From contig OZ246396.1 of NCBI GenBank assembly GCA_965230905.1, positions 120,001 to 152,000 of the forward strand: a stretch of DNA of 32,000 nucleotides, written 5' to 3'. Shown here in pieces: positions 18,549-25,730 of this stretch. A program made the translations under genes and the position numbers. Below the pieces are notes generated by a model, which saw only the letters and a program-made list of their open reading frames with translations, searched no databases and was not told the DNA's origin. The first letter of the stretch is position 1. Each line of letters begins with the position of its first letter. Origin of the DNA: Candidatus Saccharimonadota bacterium. Lineage in GTDB: Bacteria > Patescibacteriota > Gracilibacteria > UBA1369 > 2-02-FULL-48-14.

Positions 18549-18636
18549 CTAATAATTATAGCATTTTTTAAGGCTTTTCTCAACGTGGGAAAGCGTGGTA
18601 AACTTCTCATACTTTTTCCCTAATTACAACTCCACT

Positions 18637-18954
18637 ATGGCTACCGTTGTTACCGACCAAAATTTTGCTGACGAAGTCTTAAAATCCAAGCTGCCTGTGT
18701 TGGTGGATTTTTATGCGGAGTGGTGTGGGCCTTGCAAAATGATCGCGCCTTTGGTGGAGGAATTGGCCAAGGAAATGGGCGAAAAGGCTCTGATCGTGAA
18801 GCTGGATGTGGATGCGAGCATGGACACCGCGCAAACCTATGGCGTAATGAGCATCCCTACTTTGATTTTCTTTAAGGACGGTAAAGAAGTGGACCGCATG
18901 GTGGGCGCTATGCCAAAAGACACTATGGAAGAGACGCTGAAGCGGTTTATGTAA
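18637..18954 (+). CDS. trxA: Thioredoxin
   Basis: WCGPCK active site and MSIPTLIFFKDG. It is 105 aa from the ATG at 18637. The GTG at 18595 in the track would add an implausible 14-aa extension. Confidence 0.92.
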   Translation: MATVVTDQNFADEVLKSKLPVLVDFYAEWCGPCKMIAPLVEELAKEMGEKALIVKLDVDASMDTAQTYGVMSIPTLIFFKDGKEVDRMVGAMPKDTMEETLKRFM

Positions 18955-18961
18955 ATCAGCC

Positions 18962-21208
18962 CTAGCGTGAGAATCCAAAGTTTTCTTTTGCTGCACTGAG
19001 TCCTTCTATTTCCTCGATGAAGTTGAGGTAGGTGGATTTTAGTATCTCCACACAAGTGCTTGCAGCGACTTCACCCGAGTCGTTGACTCGTTTGAGTACG
19101 AGCTTCTTGATTCGCAAAGGAATTTTTTTGAGAGCCCGTGCAAAGAACAAACTTTCTGAGGTCTTGTTCATGAGTGCATCTGAAACGGTAAGAACGGCTT
19201 GTTCATCGTTCAGTTGCATTAAGGTGAGTGCCGCCATCTGTTTAATGAGTGGATCGCTGCTCAACAAGTGTTTTTGTGCATAGGCTTTCTCCCACGTAAA
19301 CCCTAAAGAGCCGATGACATTGAGGGTTGCTAAAACATTTTCGCGTGAGCTTCCTGACATGATTTGTACAAAATACTTCATGAGCAGAGGTTTTAATTCC
19401 GCGAACTGCCAAATGGAAATTATAGCAGCGGCCTGGACTTTTGGGTCGGTGCTGTCTAGATGAGGCCTCACATAAGCCACTATCCCCCTATCATGGAAAA
19501 ACCGCATGGCTGAAATGGCTCGCGTGCTCACTTCCGGATTCTTGTCATTTACAGTATTGCGCAAAAAGGTAATAACCTTATCTGGATCAAAATCACCCAG
19601 CTGATCCAAAATAAGTAATTTCAGTTCGGTGTCTTCTTCTTCCAAAAATATTTTCTCGTAGGCTTCAATAAGATTCAACCGAGTGAAGGGGAAAGCTTCG
19701 AGTTGTTTGTTTAAATCTTTGAAGGAATGAATGGCTTCCACGATGGAATATTTTACGGTTGAGTTGTGCTTCTTAAACATCTCTAGCAGGTTTGGTAGCA
19801 CTTCAATGTTATTGATTTTTCCCAAAGCAAAAACAATTTTTCGCACCGTTTCTTCGTCCAAGTTTCTCCAAGAAATAAGCTTCATCAATTCCTGAACTCC
19901 CACTTCGTGGTAGGCTTCTTCGGCGAGATTTTCAATGGCTCCATGCATGTCCACTTGATTGGTGCTTCCCAAATTTAATAATACCTGGTGGAGATAAATC
20001 TGCCTGATGTAGGCAAAGAGACCTGCATTTATGAGGAGCAGAACACAGGAGACTCCCAAGATCCATATGTTAGCCAGATACTCGGTGAGTATGGCAAGCC
20101 CCGCCCCAGCCACCAACATGGCAGTGGCATCTGAATTCCCACTAATAAAAGTGGCTACTCGATTCCGTATAGAATTGGGCAGCGCCGTGTAGGCTTCCAT
20201 GCTTGAATTCGAGAAAATGGAGTAGCCCACAACAGAGGTCACCAGACATACGACGAAAGCAAACAGTGGCGTTGGGAATAAAAAGAGCAGAAGAAAAGGA
20301 ATGAACACTAAAACAGGAGAAAGGAGCAGCGAGTTGAGTACTCCGGCTTTCTTTGTGATTTTATTTTGGACTAAAAGGGCGAGACCCAACAAAAGACTGG
20401 TGGCTATATTCAAGTACCCTGAAATTTTTACATATTCTTCCTCAGAGAGCTGTTCTTCTGCAATTTTCTGGAACTCGAAATCGCTGATCCACCACACCAC
20501 ATTGAAGATGGTCAGCGCAACGAAGAGCGTCTTAGCCAAGTTCGTTTTTCTAAAATCCACAAATTCTTTCTTGAGCACATTCCATTCAGAAACTTTAGGC
20601 CCCTCCTCGGGCACGGGCGCCAGTTGTTTTTCATAGCAGCTCTGAAGGAAGATGAGGTTGATGGCTGCCAAAACAAGACTTCCACAAACCAAGAGGATCA
20701 AATCCTCCAAATCCAAAACTTCTTCGAGCAAGCTAGAAGCTAAACCCGCAAGCACTCCACCCAAACTGTAAGCGGAGGCATAGTGTACAAAGTTAGCCTT
20801 GGACTCAAATAAGGTACTCAAACTTCCTGCCAAGCGCCAAATCACCGTTCCCCCTAAAATGAGATAGAAAAAAGTACTGACTACCAGGAAAACTGTGTAA
20901 ACCCAGGTGTTCCCGGATTTCATCAGCAGATAATTAGCAAAAAATAGCGCTGCCCCGATCCAAGAAAAGATCTGCAAGAGCTTCGCCAAACTTATTTTTT
21001 TCATCATAGCTGCGATGAAAATTGTCAGTAGAGAGCCACAAGCTGCGCACACTATGTAAATGTAGGGTAGGTAGTCCGCCCCCACCCGTTCCACAAAAAG
21101 CACCCGCCCCACAATGCCGGAGAGGGCTGCCCCAAAGGTGTAAGCCACAAAAATGGGCAGTAGCAAAAGCAGTTTCTTCCATTTTTCTTTTTGCTCCCTG
21201 GACGCCAT
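18962..21208 (-). CDS. Polytopic transporter-like membrane domain (MFS / ADP-ATP-carrier-like, about 12 TM) fused to C-terminal HEAT-repeat domain
   Basis: The N-terminal 400 aa consist of successive hydrophobic helices. The C-terminal 330 aa have HEAT/PBS-lyase-like repeats (ALGKINNIEVLPNLLEMFKKHNSTVKYSIVEAI; NDKNPEVSTRAISAMRFF; DSTDPKVQAAAIISIWQF; SSDPLIKQMAALTLMQL). Confidence 0.65.
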   Translation of the reverse strand: MASREQKEKWKKLLLLLPIFVAYTFGAALSGIVGRVLFVERVGADYLPYIYIVCAACGSLLTIFIAAMMKKISLAKLLQIFSWIGAALFFANYLLMKSGNTWVYTVFLVVSTFFYLILGGTVIWRLAGSLSTLFESKANFVHYASAYSLGGVLAGLASSLLEEVLDLEDLILLVCGSLVLAAINLIFLQSCYEKQLAPVPEEGPKVSEWNVLKKEFVDFRKTNLAKTLFVALTIFNVVWWISDFEFQKIAEEQLSEEEYVKISGYLNIATSLLLGLALLVQNKITKKAGVLNSLLLSPVLVFIPFLLLFLFPTPLFAFVVCLVTSVVGYSIFSNSSMEAYTALPNSIRNRVATFISGNSDATAMLVAGAGLAILTEYLANIWILGVSCVLLLINAGLFAYIRQIYLHQVLLNLGSTNQVDMHGAIENLAEEAYHEVGVQELMKLISWRNLDEETVRKIVFALGKINNIEVLPNLLEMFKKHNSTVKYSIVEAIHSFKDLNKQLEAFPFTRLNLIEAYEKIFLEEEDTELKLLILDQLGDFDPDKVITFLRNTVNDKNPEVSTRAISAMRFFHDRGIVAYVRPHLDSTDPKVQAAAIISIWQFAELKPLLMKYFVQIMSGSSRENVLATLNVIGSLGFTWEKAYAQKHLLSSDPLIKQMAALTLMQLNDEQAVLTVSDALMNKTSESLFFARALKKIPLRIKKLVLKRVNDSGEVAASTCVEILKSTYLNFIEEIEGLSAAKENFGFSR

Positions 21209-21254
21209 ACGTTTTATTTTTTATTTCAATCTCTTAATTATACCAGAAAATGGC

Positions 21255-21731
21255 CTAAAAGAGAACTGGATCTTCCCCTGGCAGGTGTAGCTCGCGGGCG
21301 TCCATTTTTTGATAGACTTTGTTCTGACGCTGGGCCTCTGCCTGGGCACGCACATCGCAATCTTCGTTTTCTTTATGGCCGTTGTGGCCGCGCACCCAAT
21401 TCCAGGTGATTTTTTTGTCGAATAAATAGGGCGTTAGCAGTTCCCACAGATCGAGGTTTTTCTTACGTTTCCAGTTTTTGGTGAGCGTGCTGATGACCCA
21501 GGTGGAATCGCTATAAACCTCAAAATTTCGCTGGTCCGGGTGCTGCTCAGTGGCGTATTTCAGGGCTTCAATCACCGCCATAAGCTCCATACGGTTGTTG
21601 GTAGTATAAGGTTCACCATCCTGTTTTCGGACCTCTTTCCCCTCCACGCGGAGTAGAAAGGCCCAGGCACCGGGGCCGGGGTTCCCGAGGCAACTTCCAT
21701 CGGTATAGATTTGAATGCTCATGGCCAGCAT
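21255..21731 (-). CDS. rnhA: Ribonuclease HI
   Basis: IYTDGSCLGNPGPGAWAF, TNNRMELMAVIEAL, VYSDSTWV and WVRGHNGHKENEDCD match the DEDD RNase H pattern. The start may be the Met at 21722. Confidence 0.9.
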   Translation of the reverse strand: MLAMSIQIYTDGSCLGNPGPGAWAFLLRVEGKEVRKQDGEPYTTNNRMELMAVIEALKYATEQHPDQRNFEVYSDSTWVISTLTKNWKRKKNLDLWELLTPYLFDKKITWNWVRGHNGHKENEDCDVRAQAEAQRQNKVYQKMDARELHLPGEDPVLF

Positions 21732-21764
21732 TGTAGCAAAGTTTTTTAGAATGCCAGAATAGAC

Positions 21765-21793
21765 TTGAAAAAAGACACCCTAGCCACTAAGAT
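21765..21793 (+). promoter_or_regulatory. Candidate promoter for tRNA-Gly
   Basis: TTGAAA (21765-21770), then a 17-nt spacer, then TAAGAT (21788-21793), located 20 nt upstream of the tRNA 5' end. Confidence 0.35.
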
Positions 21794-21813
21794 AAGCCCG
21801 CTCTAGAACATGT

Positions 21814-21888
21814 GCGGGTGTCGTATAGTGGCTATTACCACAGCCTTCCAAGCTGTTGAGAGGGGTTCGATTCCCCTCACCCGCTCCA
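21814..21888 (+). tRNA. tRNA-Gly (anticodon UCC), CCA encoded
   Basis: Folded by hand. Acceptor stem GCGGGTG/CACCCGC. D stem GTAT/TTAC with an AGTGGCTA loop. Anticodon stem ACAGC/GCTGT with loop CT-TCC-AA. T stem AGGGG/CCCCT with loop TTCGATT. Discriminator T, then CCA. Confidence 0.9.
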
Positions 21889-21890
21889 TT

Positions 21891-21924
21891 AAAAAACGGT
21901 GGCCCAAAGTGGCCAGCGGTTTTT
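21891..21924 (+). terminator. Imperfect hairpin with T-run after tRNA-Gly
   Basis: AAAAAACGGTGGCC-CAAAGT-GGCCAGCGGTTTTT. The core is a 5-bp GC stem, with an extended imperfect stem that ends in T5. Confidence 0.35.
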
Positions 21925-21931
21925 AACCGTA

Positions 21932-22080
21932 GTTGAAGGAGGGGAAGAGAACCCTCTCGCGCAAGCGAGTGGGTTCAGAAGCTCGAGCGAAGTGAGTGAA
22001 ATCTGTGCACGTGCACAGATTTCCGAACGTGCGATGAGCGCATTCAAGCGAAGCGCAGAATATTCCCCTCACCCGCTCCA
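21932..22080 (+). repeat. Partial second copy of the tRNA-Gly 3' portion, interrupted in the T loop by a 117-nt hairpin-rich insert
   Basis: GTTGAAGGAGGGG (21932-21944) matches tRNA GTTGAGAGGGG. ATTCCCCTCACCCGCTCCA (22062-22080) is a 19/19 match to tRNA nt 21870-21888. Between them (21945-22061) the TTCG of the T loop is replaced by 117 nt. Confidence 0.8.
21998..22023. promoter_or_regulatory. 26-nt perfect palindrome GAAATCTGTGCAC|GTGCACAGATTTC (CACGTG centre), 144 nt upstream of the first Cys/His-motif paralogue
   Basis: Read directly from the sequence. It is related to the palindrome at 24908-24929. Confidence 0.6.
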
Positions 22081-22110
22081 AAGAAAACTAAGATACCCCG
22101 AATGTTTTTT

Positions 22111-22139
22111 TTGACTGTTTCTGTTTTTTATTGTTAAAT
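22111..22139 (+). promoter_or_regulatory. Candidate promoter for ORF 22167-22721
   Basis: TTGACT (22111-22116), then a 17-nt spacer, then TTAAAT (22134-22139), located 28 nt upstream of the ATG. Confidence 0.4.
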
Positions 22140-22166
22140 GTTAAACTGATCTTTTGAAGCTCACTT

Positions 22167-22721
22167 ATGCAAGTCCCTCGTGAACTTAGCCATTTCCGCC
22201 CCTACTTTGGAGAAAAATGCACAGGCGAAGAGCGGCATCTCGTTTCTTTGCTAGGAAGTACATTTTCAGACCTCCAAGCTTTTATGGATCATCTAAGAAA
22301 AATTGATGTCCATCCTTGCGCTAAAATGCATGAGAACCCAAACGGGGAAATTCACCAAAATCGTTGCCCTGTTCGTGCTATGAACGCTTGCTGTGCGCAT
22401 CAGCAAGAATGGCAATTGGAGGGCGATCGTGCAGTATGGCATTTGCTGGATGGGGCTATCGTACTTGCTTATCATTTTCATCTGCTTTCTCTACAAGAAC
22501 GTCGCACCCTAGAAGTCAGAAAGTCTGTGGCTACGGGCACTCTTGTAGCAACAGATCTGAAAGCTTCGATTCATTATTTCAATGTTAGTGGACCAAATGA
22601 AGCTCCCGTGACTAACGCATCTATAAGAACTACAGAGCTAGCGGCAGGTCGAGAACTTTTAGCCATTCGAGATGAACTGCTGGTGTTATTTGAGGGTGAA
22701 GTCTCAAAATATAGACTCTAG
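22167..22721 (+). CDS. Uncharacterised protein, paralogue 1 of a Cys/His-motif family (CxKxHE ... CPx5ACxH) with conserved C-terminal LAIRDEL helix
   Basis: Motifs PCAKMHEN, RCPVRAMNACCAH and IRTTELAAGRELLAIRDELLVLFEG align with SCGKAHEA, ECPRWSNNAACGH and IRAQETALGKQVLAIRDELVGLLE of ORF 25219-25689. Confidence 0.7.
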   Translation: MQVPRELSHFRPYFGEKCTGEERHLVSLLGSTFSDLQAFMDHLRKIDVHPCAKMHENPNGEIHQNRCPVRAMNACCAHQQEWQLEGDRAVWHLLDGAIVLAYHFHLLSLQERRTLEVRKSVATGTLVATDLKASIHYFNVSGPNEAPVTNASIRTTELAAGRELLAIRDELLVLFEGEVSKYRL

Positions 22722-22756
22722 TTTTTCTTTTCCTTGGATTTTGACATAATAGGTTT

Positions 22757-22936
22757 ATGAAAACCTTTAACTTTTCAGCGGCGGTCTACAAAGATGGCAA
22801 GTTCTATGTAGCCGAGTGTCCACAAGTTGGCACGGTGAGCCAAGGGGAATCTGTTGAATTGGCTTTGGCTAATTTGAAAGAAGCTAGTGAATTGTATTTA
22901 GAAGAGTTCCCCGAATACACTAATAAGAGTTTATAA
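22757..22936 (+). CDS. HicB-like (UPF0150) small antitoxin-type protein, 59 aa, not in the ORF track
   Basis: Translated by hand as MKTFNFSAAVYKDGKFYVAECPQVGTVSQGESVELALANLKEASELYLEEFPEYTNKSL. The pattern Y.A..P...G..tQG.s.eEAl.N.keA..l.lEE is typical of the HicB N-terminal fold. Its stop overlaps the next start (TAATG). Confidence 0.65.
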   Translation: MKTFNFSAAVYKDGKFYVAECPQVGTVSQGESVELALANLKEASELYLEEFPEYTNKSL

Positions 22937-23946
22937 TGGATGAGCATCTAATTTCAAAAATTTGCGTGCTGTACGATTTAGGTGAACCTACAAGTGAGGT
23001 CCGTGCTGTTAAAGGTGGGCTCATCCATAAAATGTGGCGGCTTCAAACAACTAAAGGGGAATATGCGATCAAGGAGTTAAACCTTAGAATCCAAGACTTA
23101 GATTCAAACATTTCCTCTGAAAACAGTATTCAAAAAGCTCAGGAACTGACTGAATCCATTGCTCAAGCATTTTTGGAAAGGGGCGTCCCCGCTGTAACGG
23201 CACTTAAAGCTGGATCTGAATATGTTTCAAAAATTGCTGACACATTGCTGATTGTATTTGAATGGGTGGAGGGAACAAGCCTATCTGTACAAGCAGCTTC
23301 CAAGGAGCAGGCTTTTTTAATCGGAAAAACACTAGCGAAAATCCATGAAGTAAATTTGGCCATTCCTGGTCTAGACACGAATACTTTAACGCTATTTTCC
23401 AATGAACATTGGGAAGTTCTTTTTGGGAAATTTTTGGACAAGTTTCCTGAATCTGCTTCATGGCTTTCAAAGGAGCTTGTGCTCGACTGGAATCAAAAGG
23501 CCAAAGATATCATTCGTAACCTACAAGGCCACATGGTTATTAGTCACGGCGATATAGATCAAAAAAATGTGATTTGGAAAGATGCCGAGCACCCTTTTAT
23601 AATTGACTGGGAATCTGCAGGACAAGTGAATCCTGGCTTGGAATTGATGGATGCCGCCCTTAATTGGGGCGGATTGGTGAGCGGTGAAGTAGATGAAAAC
23701 AGCGTGAAGGCTCTTCTGGATGGCTATAAGAGTGAAGGGGCTGAGATTCTCGAAAGTGGAAACGAGCTCCTGAGCGCTTGCATTATAAAATGGCTTCCTT
23801 GGCTTGAATTCAATATGCAAAGGGCGGTCGATTCAGCGAAGGATTATGAGGAACAAAAACTAGGATTTTTCCAGACTCAAAATACCTTGCGAAATTTGGA
23901 TTTAATCACAAAGAACTTTAATACATGGGCAGACTTTTTGGGCTGA
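22936..23946 (+). CDS. APH/CotS-type phosphotransferase (protein-kinase-like fold)
   Basis: GGLIHKMWRLQT..YAIKEL gives the nucleotide-binding loop and Lys. VISHGDIDQKNVIW is the HGDxxxxN catalytic loop. FIIDWESAG is the metal-binding Asp. Confidence 0.8.
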   Translation: MDEHLISKICVLYDLGEPTSEVRAVKGGLIHKMWRLQTTKGEYAIKELNLRIQDLDSNISSENSIQKAQELTESIAQAFLERGVPAVTALKAGSEYVSKIADTLLIVFEWVEGTSLSVQAASKEQAFLIGKTLAKIHEVNLAIPGLDTNTLTLFSNEHWEVLFGKFLDKFPESASWLSKELVLDWNQKAKDIIRNLQGHMVISHGDIDQKNVIWKDAEHPFIIDWESAGQVNPGLELMDAALNWGGLVSGEVDENSVKALLDGYKSEGAEILESGNELLSACIIKWLPWLEFNMQRAVDSAKDYEEQKLGFFQTQNTLRNLDLITKNFNTWADFLG

Positions 23947-23965
23947 CTTTGACCTCTCCTCATTT

Positions 23966-24847
23966 CTAGTTCTTCTTTCTATAGCTCTGGATGAACACTC
24001 CCAACACAATAAATAATAATCCGATTATTGAAGAACTTAGGATAGGCTCCCCGACAAGAAAGTAGATGAAGATCAGGGATACAAAAGGCGTTAAAAAGAC
24101 CAAGTTGGAAACCTTGGCCGTCTCTCCAACTTCTAAAGCTTTGAACCAGAAAACAAAGGCGAGACCATTCGTGAAGAATCCAATCCAAGCCAACCCTGCT
24201 ACTTGCTTCATGTCTAGGCTGGGTATTTCTGAAAAGAATAGGACACTGAGCAGAACATAAATGAAGCCAAAAACATAATAGCAAAACATGGAAGAGAAAA
24301 CTTCATATTTTAACTTTTTACCGAGTACCGAGAAGAGACCGTAAACAAGAGCTCCTGAGGCTGCCATAAGGATTGCGGTGAGGTTTAGATTATCCAACGA
24401 CATAAGTTCTCCCTTGGAAACCACGATTGCGACTCCAACGAAGGAAAGTAGGATGGAAATGAATGTACGCCAAGTGAACTTCTCTTTTAAAAGAAGTACT
24501 CCAAAAATAACCACCATTACCGGCCACAAATAGTTAACCACAAAGGCTTCTTGTGCTGAGGTTCTTTCGATGGCTCCAAATAAAAATAAATAATACAAAA
24601 AGCATCCTAGAAAGCCCATTCCTGCCAGCTTCCCTATGTCTTCCTTTTTGTAGGTGGTGAGATTCTTTAACTTGCCTTGAAACAGCATAATCAAAAAAAG
24701 CCCAAAAATAGTAAAGGGGAAACTGTAAAAGATAAGCTGAATGCTTGATATGTCTTGCAGTATGAGCTTGCTTACTGAAGCTGTAGAACCCCACAGCAGA
24801 ATAGCGAGAGCCGTGTAGACGTAGGCGAGCTGGGACTTCTTAACCAT
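23966..24847 (-). CDS. EamA/DMT-family transporter (10 TM)
   Basis: LAYVYTALAILLWGSTASVSKLIL is a typical EamA start. There are two repeated 5-TM halves, and the length is 293 aa. Confidence 0.8.
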   Translation of the reverse strand: MVKKSQLAYVYTALAILLWGSTASVSKLILQDISSIQLIFYSFPFTIFGLFLIMLFQGKLKNLTTYKKEDIGKLAGMGFLGCFLYYLFLFGAIERTSAQEAFVVNYLWPVMVVIFGVLLLKEKFTWRTFISILLSFVGVAIVVSKGELMSLDNLNLTAILMAASGALVYGLFSVLGKKLKYEVFSSMFCYYVFGFIYVLLSVLFFSEIPSLDMKQVAGLAWIGFFTNGLAFVFWFKALEVGETAKVSNLVFLTPFVSLIFIYFLVGEPILSSSIIGLLFIVLGVFIQSYRKKN

Positions 24848-24907
24848 GCACCGATTATAATACTTTTATTTAAGTTTTTAACAGTTTTTTCTCTTCAATA
24901 TATTAGC

Positions 24908-24929
24908 AAAGTCTGCACGTGCAGACTTT
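24908..24929. promoter_or_regulatory. 22-nt perfect palindrome AAAGTCTGCAC|GTGCAGACTTT in the divergent eamA / paralogue-2 intergenic region
   Basis: Read directly from the sequence. It shares the TCTG(T)GCACGTGC(A)CAGA core with 21998-22023. Confidence 0.6.
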
Positions 24930-24936
24930 AGTTTTC

Positions 24937-25098
24937 CCGTGAATTTGACCGTTTTAATTCATATATTCACGGTATTTTTGCGAATAGGCGTGAATTTAAA
25001 ATTCAGCTCTGTGGGCCCCTTTAGCGTATTCCTGAATTTTGACCAACAAAGCGTAGTAAATCTTTTCGTGCTTGAACAAGGCGAGGTTTCACGGAATC
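24937..25098. repeat. Cluster of C[CG][GT]TGAAT boxes in both orientations (candidate operator/iteron set)
   Basis: CCGTGAATTTGACC at 24937-24950. ATTCACGG at 24965-24972 (inverted). CGTGAATTTAAAATTCAG at 24989-25006 (internal 7-1-7 palindrome). CCTGAATTTTGACC at 25031-25044. TTTCACGGAATC at 25087-25098 (inverted). Confidence 0.55.
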
Positions 25099-25218
25099 AC
25101 TAAATCATTGTCGGGCTCAGAATCTGCCCAGCTGCCGGGAGTGTTCATAAATTGGTAGCTGTGATTATTACACATTATGTTGTATGATGCTGGCTTAACT
25201 GATTAGTGAGCACTTTAA

Positions 25219-25689
25219 ATGGAAAGAAAAGACTCGGTATTAGAACAGGACGCCACGATGGATATTTTAGGCGAATTAAAATCGATCCGTGTAATCTCCT
25301 GTGGGAAAGCACATGAAGCAACGGAAACTTATATGAAATTTTACGAATGTCCACGCTGGAGCAATAACGCTGCCTGTGGACATCTATTTGAATACGATTC
25401 ACCGGTTCAGATCGTGCTCAGGCGGGCCGGTACTTTAGCTTTTTCTTTGGGCCGGCAAACAGAAGAGGATCGACAAGCTAAAGAGGCTAAGTTAAGTGAG
25501 CTGTATCATGCTTTACACGGTTTAGACAGCCAGGCGGCGGACTATTATCATATGTTGCGGTTGAATGGGGATGATGGTTTAACAGAAATCACCGTACAGC
25601 AGATTCGGGCCCAGGAAACAGCCCTTGGGAAACAAGTGCTCGCCATTCGGGACGAACTCGTTGGTTTATTGGAGATAGTTATCCAATAA
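25219..25689 (+). CDS. Uncharacterised protein, paralogue 2 of the Cys/His-motif family
   Basis: See 22167-22721 for the alignment. The start may be the ATG at 25258, which has AGGA 8 nt upstream. Confidence 0.7.
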   Translation: MERKDSVLEQDATMDILGELKSIRVISCGKAHEATETYMKFYECPRWSNNAACGHLFEYDSPVQIVLRRAGTLAFSLGRQTEEDRQAKEAKLSELYHALHGLDSQAADYYHMLRLNGDDGLTEITVQQIRAQETALGKQVLAIRDELVGLLEIVIQ

Positions 25690-25730
25690 GAGAGCTGGAC
25701 GAAGTGGCCTCCGCTGAGTAAGCTATCGCC

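Noticed and set aside
18595-18636. GTG start at 18595 for thioredoxin, as given in the ORF track.
   Set aside because: It adds the 14 residues MVNFSYFFPNYNST, unlike any thioredoxin N-terminus. The ATG at 18637 gives a canonical 105-aa TrxA.
22015-22062. Hammerhead-like core (GCGATGAG ... GCG ... CAGAA) within the 117-nt insert.
   Set aside because: The CUGAUGA box lacks the U (it reads C-GAUGAG). GAAA is replaced by CAGAAU. No three-stem junction with a GUC-type cleavage site could be drawn.
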